Part shown: positions 58,601 to 64,000 of the stretch, in pieces
Layout of the letters: each line of letters begins with the position of its first letter
Position numbering within the stretch: the stretch's first letter is position 1
Assembly: GCA_051362555.1 (NCBI GenBank)
Contig: CM120646.1
Coordinates: 15,128,001 to 15,192,000 of the forward strand
Direction of reading: 5' to 3'
Origin: Lingula anatina
Taxonomy: Eukaryota; Animalia; Brachiopoda
DNA: 64,000 nucleotides
Made by a program: the position numbers and the translations under genes
The notes under the pieces: generated by a model
Database searches by the model: none
What the model was told of the DNA's origin: nothing
What the model saw: the letters and a program-made list of their open reading frames with translations, nothing else

Positions 58601-61600
58601 ATATCAGGTATTAATTTAAGCAGCAATAATACCGCAGAGTTAACAACGACACAGCATAGGGTGTTATCAGTTATGCAACAAAATTCCATGCATTACTTGC
58701 AGTGGCAGTGTTCTCCTCAACCTATCGTGCACCGCAGGTTTTGATTTTCAGTGTCATCGAAATTGTATATTATTGTTAGTTTGACCTATGTATATGCTTT
58801 TCATATAATATTGTTTGGAAAATAACTGACTAATTTAATTATGCTTTTGCAACATGAAATTATCATTAACTTTGCCGGTTCACGTGTACACAGTACCTTG
58901 CCACGCTCGGCTGTCACCTTGATTGGATAGTAAACGATTGTCGTAAAATTGCTAAATGATATTAAAATCGGGTACATAAACTTAAAAACCACCTAGGACA
59001 ACCTAAGACTGCCACATTAATCCAATACAATGCAAAAATAAACTATAACAAGTGGTTAAAGCCTTCAAAACGAATGTCGTAAAGTCCCCATATACCTCCA
59101 TAGAGACAATAAAATAGAATGAGCTTCTGAAACAAAACTCAGCCAACTTAAACATAATAATCGAAATAAAATACTGCCGGGCATCGGAGCGGCCTAAAAC
59201 TTGGCATGCTTACCGCAAATACTGCAGGCTACATCATCCCGTCGCTCGTTTGTAAATTCCGTGCATGGCATACGCACAATCAAACCGTATATCCAAATTG
59301 CACCTCTGATGTTTGAATTGGTCCTCTACACTATTCAAATCCTGAAGTGACGTAACCGCAGAGGTCGCATTGTCCAATGGCATGGCTTCTTTTTCGTAAT
59401 GGTAGGTTAGAGAGGACCAATTCAAACATCAGAGGTGCAATTTGGATATACGGTTTGATTGTGCGTATGCCATGCACGGAATTTACAAACGAGCGACGGG
59501 ATGATGTAGCCTGCAGTATTTGCGGTAAGCATGCCAAGTTTTAGGCCGCTCCGATGCCCGGCAGTATTTTATTTCGATTATTATGTTTAAGTTGGCTGAG
59601 TTTTGTTTCAGAAGCTCATTCTATTTTATTGTCTCTATGGAGGTATATGGGGACTTTACGACATTCGTTTTGAAGGCTTTAACCACTTGTTATAGTTTAT
59701 TTTTACATTGTATTGGATTAATGTGGCAGTCTTAGGTTGTCCTAGGTGGTTTTTAAGTTTATGTACCCGATTTTAATATCATTTAGCGATTTTACGACAA
59801 TCGTTTACTATCCAATCAAGGTGACAGCCGAGCGTGTACCTTGCTATCAGTGCTGCTCTTTTCTCCCCAACTCGCCACTGACAGGCTAACCACATCGTTC
59901 CAAAACAACGTTGGTATGATCCTTTACTTTTGGTGTAGGCAGTTTCGCCCCGGGGACATCGTCTTCGGTTAAAAACAACGTATCGTTTTCACCCATCTTT
60001 GCATTGCTCCTGTACAAAATGTCCGCTTGACGCCCGCCCAAGGGAAAAAATCGTAGCACGTTGGTAGTTACGAAAGACCTGTGACGTGTAACGCGCGCAA
60101 GGTTATTGCGTGGGATGTGAGATTCTGCGCACAATTTGCACGCAAACAGCCCTTAAGAGCCCGTGCGGCCGGTTGTGACAGAGGCTAAAATTAGTTCTTA
60201 GGGAAGTTGACTCTTTTTTTTTTTAATTTTGCTTTATATATTTTTGCCAGAAGTTTTGTTTTGTTTTAGCACCAGACTTTTTTGGGACAAAGGACGACGG
60301 AAACCCCTCCGAGTTTAGAATAAAACGAAAAAATTGAAGTGATCGTGGCTTTTAGGAAATGGTATAGCACCATTGTGTCTGCCCATAATGACCCCAATGA
60401 CCTGACCACAGTTTCACAAAAAAAAAAAAAAAAAAAAAAACCAATTCCCTGGATTAGCCGACTAGGATTTACACGAGAGTGCTGTTACACTGCTCTTAAT
60501 AGGGTAATCTTGGTAATTAAATTCTTTGTCAAGGAATTTGACTTTAGTTTTTTAGTGAAACCGGGGCCAGAGAGAGGGAAGGAAACGGGTTTTAACGACG
60601 CCCGGCAACTTCGCTAGACTAAACTTTTTCCATAGAATTTAAGGTTTGCATTTATTATTATTATTTTTTTAATTTTTACTTTCTTCTTACGAAAACATTT
60701 ACTATAAACAAGAATGAAACCAAACATACTTGTTGGACCTAGATTTCAATTCAATTAAAAAAAAGAAAAAAAAAGAAAATGAGCTCGGACAAACCTTACT
60801 GTTAATTATACGGAATGGTGAAACAGAAACAGAAATGATACTGTATGAAACCGGCTGTGTGTGAACCCCTTAGACACAAGGGACTTAATATTCTAACACT
60901 TTGTCGTGTGACAGATAAATAATTGATGGAATAATCAGATTAGCACTTTTACCTGTTCCTGGGGCTTGTTGGTCGACTTCTGTCTGTCAGTAATTTTGTC
61001 TGCGTTTTCGTCCAGACCGTATGGCTTTCTGCCTTCTTTGAGGTACCACACAATACCAAATACTAATATAGCTATGTACAGAGCAGAAGTTATGGCGTAA
61101 ATGGCATTTAGAATAATGAACCATGTCCCAAGGGTTCGTGTACAAACGTAGTCAGCTCTTACATTTGCCAATGTGCAGTGAAACAACCCCTGGTGCACTG
61201 GTGGCCAACCCGCAAAAAACAAACTGAACACTAGTGCCAAAACAGAAAACACCAGTTGGACTACACTCTTAGCCAGGTAAAACCTGCCAAGAAAGCGTTT
61301 CTTTTCTAGACACTGTCTATATTGCCACAGTTCTTCATGTTGTTTCTTTAAGTCAGCGTAGATGTCAGGGGCTGGGGTGGCTCCAGGATCTGATTCCATC
61401 CGCTGTATTTCTTTGTTCATTTCATTTGCATTAATTGTCCTATCTAACTTTGATTTGAACTCTTCAATTTTAGATTTGATGATCGGTAAACGGAACCAGT
61501 GTTCACTGATTAGAGTTAGGATAAACGCCAGAGCAAACAGAATTCCCGAGAAACTCTTTGAAGGAAATCCAAGTTGGGAACTGCATTGTGCGTTAACAAA

Positions 61601-61840
61601 ATCAGCAGTCCGTGTGGACTGCAAAGATGGAGCGTTTGTATTGAGAGCTTTTAGGTCGATGTTTCCATTTGCTGAGCACCTGACTGTTACATTTACGTGG
61701 AGTGCCATCGCTATGACGCCCACTAATAGCAAAAATGGTCCAATCCACTGTATTACCCTGTCCCACCAACACCGCAGGTCGTCTGTGGGGGGGCAGTGCT
61801 GAACCTTTCTTTGGAAGTAAGTGTCGATTTGTGATATCAT
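12205..61840 (-). CDS. Predicted LRRC8/pannexin-like large-pore channel fused to a C-terminal array of ~25 fibronectin type III domains (~2600-2700 aa; multi-exon model, 3' end uncertain)
   Basis: 4-TM exon 60953-61840 (phase-0 donor) joins linker exon 39843-39963 (phase 0 to 1), then a series of phase 1-1 FN3 exons from 39557 to 12851. All are on the same strand with canonical GT-AG sites, and I saw no signal peptide or start codon for a separate FN3 gene. Confidence 0.72.
12851..14520 (-). CDS. FN3 exons 23-25 (14242-14520, 13508-13780, 12851-13123), duplicate of exons 20-22
   Basis: Near-identical to 15523-17159, with one visible coding change (VVPYC vs VVTYC). Confidence 0.8.
15523..17159 (-). 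CDS. FN3 exons 20-22 (16881-17159, 16176-16448, 15523-15795)
   Basis: KIYWTYP..PLTPGSQY; DVSWRPP..NLNQGTKY; SIRLKW..PLNPNT; all GT-AG, phase 1-1. Confidence 0.85.
17498..17758 (-). CDS. FN3 exon 19
   Basis: STANIEWERPDG..RLRPATWYRMDV; phase 1-1. Confidence 0.85.
17842..20819 (+). mobile_element. Tc1/mariner remnant with nested insertion(s)
   Basis: TIRs TACTGAACAAAAATATAAACGCACGAAA / TTTCGTGCGTTTATATTTTTGTTCAGTA with TA flanks. Possible decayed transposase sequence at ~18115-18480. Confidence 0.75.
21147..21419 (-). CDS. FN3 exon 18
   Basis: TELTVKW..NVRPGSSY; GTAAGT donor, phase 1-1. Confidence 0.85.
21681..21965 (-). CDS. FN3 exon 17
   Basis: PEKP..YKILY..WQPGCVYDVVV; phase 1-1. Confidence 0.8.
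22075..22371 (-). CDS. FN3 exon 16
   Basis: TTNSIFLHWNPP..DLQPGLKYRFRV; phase 1-1. Confidence 0.85.
22623..22868 (-). CDS. FN3 exon 15
   Basis: LTWEKPDGDIGRY..FSVVAVS; phase 1-1. Confidence 0.82.
23302..23598 (-). CDS. FN3 exon 14
   Basis: SIHLKWDAP..YTVKY..GLVPGRKYEF; phase 1-1. Confidence 0.85.
23856..24119 (-). CDS. FN3 exon 13
   Basis: SISLSW..VSEYEIEY..NISPGVLYNYKV; phase 1-1. Confidence 0.85.
24429..24830 (-). CDS. FN3 exon 12, with a ~45-aa acidic Ser/Thr-rich loop insertion
   Basis: LYFQWMP..YSIMY-[STDSQDDSNTETQ...DEPTSEENLEILDYDEEQ]-KLDPGTNYEIRI; GTGAGC donor. Confidence 0.82.
26801..27210. mobile_element. MITE (~40-bp TIRs) nested in the LINE, itself carrying a CACGCTCGGC-family element (26880-27143)
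   Basis: GTTTTCAAGGTGTGTGTCAGATCGCATTTCGGAGTATCA is mirrored at 27172-27210. The inner segment matches 58902-59836. Confidence 0.75.
29586..29810. mobile_element. Harbinger-like MITE family X (copy at 62350-62762; related copies at 15187-15403 and 17267-17460)
   Basis: Shared core TAGATCGACCTAACTCCCTGGGGGTTCACG.TAAATTGCAGTCAGCCG; this copy interrupts the LINE. Confidence 0.65.
30524..30808 (-). CDS. FN3 exon 11
   Basis: PSAPTNF..TSVKLKWEMP..GLGPGTEY; phase 1-1. Confidence 0.85.
30984..31256 (-). CDS. FN3 exon 10
   Basis: TTSVSISWDP..NLLPATKYDVKV; GTAAGT donor, phase 1-1. Confidence 0.85.
31479..31745 (-). CDS. FN3 exon 9
   Basis: VCWVRPRG..VTPGTTYDL; GTATGT donor, phase 1-1. Confidence 0.82.
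31995..32267 (-). CDS. FN3 exon 8
   Basis: TTLTLEWE..IEGY..NLTPGMMY; phase 1-1. Confidence 0.85.
32333..32936. mobile_element. MITE with ~120-bp TIRs flanked by (TA)n
   Basis: CACAGGCCCAGCCCCAATCTAGGCATATTCTAAATCCACTAA... is mirrored by ...TTAGTGGATTTAGAATATGCCTGGATTGGGGCTGGGCTTGTG. Confidence 0.8.
33003..33272 (-). CDS. FN3 exon 7
   Basis: NTITLWWDLPQG..DLQPSTHYTGWI; phase 1-1. Confidence 0.85.
33643..33909 (-). CDS. FN3 exon 6
   Basis: FTLKWDQPSGRVDGY..IVPGTDYTIEI; GTAAGT donor, phase 1-1. Confidence 0.85.
34112..34369 (-). CDS. FN3 exon 5
   Basis: LSWEPPPG..KLEPGEKFFVEI; GT-AG, phase 1-1. Confidence 0.85.
36082..36342 (-). CDS. FN3 exon 4
   Basis: TSIDVTWAKP..YLQPGTKYTLSV; GT-AG, phase 1-1. 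Confidence 0.85.
36504..37209 (-). CDS. FN3 domain 3, in two exons (~36959-37209 and 36504-36534)
   Basis: TTSIPIRWVKPKGNVDRY..GLTPGTKYTVIV..NK|GTATGT (phase 0), then ATACAG|GKQVQADIYT|GTAAGT (phase 1). Confidence 0.8.
38592..38853 (-). CDS. FN3 exon 2, first part (second part appears split at 38253-38259 / 37512-37569 by an insertion)
   Basis: EPPEP...VKDLLPGTLHG|GTGGGT. The remainder INTDASHTESNFIEITVLT|GTGAGT lies at 37512-37569. Confidence 0.6.
39228..39557 (-). CDS. FN3 exon 1
   Basis: VNLEWNGP..YSGFRI..LECGSVYQVRIFT; TTTTAG acceptor, GTTAGT donor, phase 1-1. Confidence 0.8.
39843..39963 (-). CDS. LRRC8-type intracellular linker exon of the channel gene
   Basis: TTAG|EVDKFHRDAAFMVRLWERNKSEEVEHFTRMMSRPLKEMLE G|GTTTGT. 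Aligns without gaps to the recalled LRRC8A [25 protein letters not shown]. Not in the ORF track. Confidence 0.8.
40085..40424. mobile_element. Kolobok-like MITE
   Basis: TIR AGGGATAATAACTCTTCGT / ACGAAGAGTTATTATCCCT; TTAA on the left flank, TTTA on the right. Confidence 0.6.
41137..42522 (+). mobile_element. Full-length Tc1-like transposon (1386 bp) with a pseudogenised DDE transposase
   Basis: TIRs CACACACTGGACAAAAGAAGTGTCACCCC / GGGGTGACACTTCTTTTGTCCAGTGTGTG with TA TSD. GRPRK, FSDECRF, MVWGCI, QDDNAPCH and SPDANIIENLW motifs split by stops and frameshifts. Confidence 0.93.
43552..43617. repeat. (TA)n microsatellite; others at 3543, 4222, 11891, 13234, 15906 and 32937, and (GA)n at 4870
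   Basis: Seen directly. Confidence 0.95.
46138..46802 (-). mobile_element. PIF/Harbinger internal-deletion derivative
   Basis: TIRs GGGCCGGTTTC.C.AAGCAGTAG / CTACTGCTTTGTGAAACCGGCCC with CAG TSD. Minus-strand RFHDRQNLLEYSHDDAIYKRLRL resembles a Harbinger transposase N-terminus. Confidence 0.75.
47295..48240 (+). repeat. ~165-bp tandem repeat (about 6 copies, decaying 3') inside a non-autonomous DNA element
   Basis: AATGTCACAGAAACATG...GCAACTAGTCTCAAGGTCACTGGAGGTCAAGGTCATGACC at ~47299, 47464 and 47630; degenerate at ~47795, 47960 and 48119. Confidence 0.8.
49746..52286. mobile_element. Fold-back DNA element with ~440-bp inverted arms (49746-50183 / 51846-52286); right arm continues to ~52626
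   Basis: Near-perfect reverse-complement match of the arms. Confidence 0.8.
53885..55682 (+). mobile_element. Ginger-type DNA transposon (deleted), nested in element Y
   Basis: TIRs TGTGAACGGA / TCCGTTCACA with a 4-bp TSD CCGG. Integrase C-terminal GPY/F module (VGTKVL..RKGGK..PWLGPYVV..GSY.L...VNRANLKVY) at ~55066-55272, after a TTTACAG acceptor. Confidence 0.75.
54703..54802 (+). repeat. 30-bp minisatellite, 3 copies (CCGGGGACTACCATTTCTAGGATTTTAGGT)
   Basis: Direct repeats are visible and explain the PGPKILEMVV repeat ORF. Confidence 0.85.
55735..55952. mobile_element. Palindromic Harbinger-like MITE family Z (partial copies at 55956-56060 and 63348-63512)
   Basis: TIRs GGCTCCGTATCTCGAAAGG / CCTTTCGAGATACGGAGCC with CAG TSD. 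Confidence 0.8.
56600..60010 (-). pseudogene. Decayed transposon-associated gene with a SAP-like N-terminus and SWIM zinc finger (possibly a YqaJ/Kolobok-type accessory protein)
   Basis: LTEDDVPGAKL...TNVVLER near 59890-59996 and KGVILASM..KYTVTV..VKAARCHC at 57880-57990. Interrupted by a palindromic MITE. Confidence 0.4.
58902..59836. mobile_element. 935-bp palindromic MITE, P-element/hAT-like
   Basis: CACGCTCGGCTGTCACC...GGTGACAGCCGAGCGTG with ~425-bp near-identical arms. 8-bp TSD TACCTTGC at 58894-58901 and 59837-59844. Confidence 0.9.
60953..61840 (-). CDS. Pannexin-like/LRRC8-type transmembrane channel domain exon (296 aa, 4 TM)
   Basis: Compared with LRRC8A from memory: MISQIDTYF..LRCWWDRV (MIPVTELRYF..LKPWWDVF); ADFVNAQC (YVDAVC); HWFRLPIIKSKIEEF (FWFKFPRTSSKLEHF); two Cys in each extracellular loop (VRCS, AQCS, FHCT, YVCT); WYLKEGRKPY (WMLRRSLKKY). 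Ends CAG|GTAAAA. Confidence 0.88.
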
Positions 61841-62368
61841 TGTCGCTGACTGAAAATCATAAAAAGGCAAAAGTCAATTAACTTGGGTTCGCCAACTTTA
61901 ACAGATTTAAAAAAGAGTAAAAAAGAAATCAAGGATTAAGTTTTCCGCTGTAATATGCTTACAATCACATCAAACACAATGCGTCTGATATCCCCCTTGC
62001 ATGGAACAGCCTTCCATTCCTTCGTACAATGCAACCTTGGCCCCCGAAGCCTGGGGCTTTTCCTCCACATATCCATCATACTCACATTTATCATATCTTG
62101 TAATCATACATGGATAACGCTTAACGCAGATAGATTGATATTTCTCATAAAATTGCAACGCCAGTTTCAAATGCTACAGATGTTTGAAGCAAATCACCTG
62201 AGCTCCCCCCTTTAATACTGCGCTTGTAATCTGATACCGCAGATTACACTATTTCCACGTCGTAATATCTATACTCAGATCTTGTCAGTGTCTCTACGTT
62301 TCCTGTACTGCTAAGGTTACTTGGTTAGGCTCTGATAAACAGACTTAGAGGGCATTTCCAGAGATTAA

Positions 62369-62560
62369 GGGACCGTTCACATGGAAAGTCTATTTTCTAA
62401 AAATCTATTTTCTATTTGCGGTATCTTGTGATCACGGAAGTAACTGGCTCGCGCTGCCAGTAATTACGCCGGGGGATATTCAGGGCACAGACCGTGATCA
62501 CATGATACCGCGAATAGAAAATAGATTTTTAGAAAATAGACTTTCCATGTGAACGGTCCC
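62369..62560. mobile_element. Harbinger-like MITE nested in a family X copy
   Basis: ~67-bp TIRs GGGACCGTTCACATGGAAAGTCTATTTTCT... with TAA TSD. Confidence 0.85.
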
Positions 62561-63646
62561 TAAGTTGGATCTTACTAGATCGACCTAACTCCCTGGGGGT
62601 TCACGATAAATTGCAGTCAGCCGACCGCGCACAGAAGTTAATTACCCCCCTTCAGCTTGTAGTAGGCGGGACGGACATTTAAGCCGGATTATCTGGCAGT
62701 AATCTAGTGAAACTCCCCACGGGGATCCGATAGATCGTCCTAAAATCTATGGGATTGCGCCCTAAAAGCAGGTTTTCTGGGAAGATGAAAATATTTAGTT
62801 AAAAGTGAAAATGGATACACGTACGTGTATTTGGTAATTTTGATGCGTGGCTTCACGTACATGCATTTAGCAATTTTGATGGGATCAGAGGCTACACGTC
62901 TGAAACATAACCGCCATCATTGATTACCTGAGTTTTGTTTTTTTGCATTCCAATAATAATAATAATAATAACAATAATAATAAAAATATTATTATTATTA
63001 TTATTATTTCTGTTTACAAATGAAATTATTATAATTAATTATGTTACATTTGCGAAAATTAACAAGTCATGCTGATTTTCGATTTCAACCTTCCTTTTCA
63101 CCCAGCAAAGCTTCCAGTCCTAGTATTATGTTTGTGTATATTTTCTCCGTCAACCATATGAAGATTAGACTCTGATTATAACGACAGAAAATACAATAGA
63201 GTGAGTGTGATAATGATAGGGTCGCTAAACGATTGTTGACGGGATATAGTGACCAGCCTAATCCCCTGGGCCCGGTTGCACCAACAGGTTGTAAATTTAC
63301 TCGGCTACGACTGTCGTAAATCGCAACGCCTGGCGTCCGTGCGCCAGGGCTCCGTATCTCGAAAGGTTCGCTATGTTGCGCACGTGCGCAAGCGTCTCGA
63401 TTCCATAACCGATTCTATTTCGAGATACGGGGCTATGGAATCGAGACGCTCTTGCACGTGCGCAAGTGTCTCGATTCCATGGCCCCGTATTGAAATAGAA
63501 TCGGTTATGGAATAATTTTACAACAGTGTAGAGAATGTTAGGTCCTTGTTTCTATGGTTACACCGAGAGGTATCATTTAATTCAATCGAGGTTACATCTT
63601 GTAGATTAAGAAATACAAGAGACCTAATACATATTATATGAGCCTT

Positions 63647-63909
63647 CTTCTTCATGCGCCATCACCCATTCGGTGTTGACGAACGATGATATTCTGCCAA
63701 AGGGTTCTACATGTATTTCTCGCCCATGACCAAAGGTGTCTTGTTGATAATTCAAAATAATCAAGAAAGGACTTTCGATGTCTGCCTCGGGCACTTTTGC
63801 CAGGTATTCTTCCGCTCAGGCTAAGATCTTCTAATCCCTCTTTTCTGATGCAATGTCGTAAGAACTTCAGTTGTCTTTCTCTGACAGTGTTGAGAAGCTG
63901 TCTTTTTTT
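63647..63909 (-). mobile_element. 5'-truncated RTE-clade LINE
   Basis: Minus strand reads LLNTVRERQLKFLRHCIRKEGLE..GRIPGKSARGRHRK. (GAA)n tail and a 10-bp TSD TATGAGCCTT at 63637-63646 and 63910-63919. Confidence 0.8.
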
Positions 63910-64000
63910 TATGAGCCTTAAAATGTTGATATTCTAAGCTTTCGTCTCTGTGTTTATATATAGTAAAACATATATATATATATAATATTTAAAAAACCAA

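Larger units (their letters stand above)
49575..60186. mobile_element. Harbinger-type TIR pair enclosing ~10.6 kb of nested insertions
   Basis: AGCCTCGGTCACAACCGGACGCACG at 49575 pairs with CGTGCGGCCGGTTGTGACAGAGGCT ending at 60186. TSD imperfect (TAA / AAA). Confidence 0.5.

Noticed and set aside
61362-61802. 146-aa plus-strand ORF
   Set aside because: Antisense shadow of the channel exon with no recognisable motif.
60935-61870. The 311-aa ORF as a complete single-exon innexin or pannexin gene
   Set aside because: The TTG start lies in an acceptor tract, the motifs are LRRC8-like, and the conserved post-TM4 motif is missing from the ORF but present in the exon at 39843-39963.

Overview
AT-rich, intron-rich animal genomic DNA, probably a marine invertebrate (taxon is my inference, not shown by the sequence). 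It holds two host genes, both on the minus strand. (1) The first 7 coding exons of RNF32 at 1-2998, running off the window. (2) A ~50 kb gene (about 12.2-62.1 kb). Its first large coding exon encodes an LRRC8/pannexin-like four-TM large-pore channel domain. This splices in phase across a 21 kb intron to an LRRC8-type linker exon (DAAFMVRL) and then to about 25 fibronectin type III exons, in place of the leucine-rich repeats of LRRC8/VRAC. That channel-FN3 fusion is the main candidate novelty; it is predicted from splice sites and phases and needs transcript confirmation. The FN3 array grew recently by tandem duplication of three exons. Between the two genes sits a 4 kb BEL/Pao insertion scrambled into three fold-back palindromes, yet bounded by TG..CA ends and a 5-bp TSD. 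The rest is transposon debris: an L1/Tx1-like LINE, an RTE fragment, two Tc1/mariner copies, a Ginger element, Harbinger/P-like/Kolobok-like MITEs, nested insertions and microsatellites. All translations and alignments were done by eye; homologue motifs are quoted from memory and no database searches were run.
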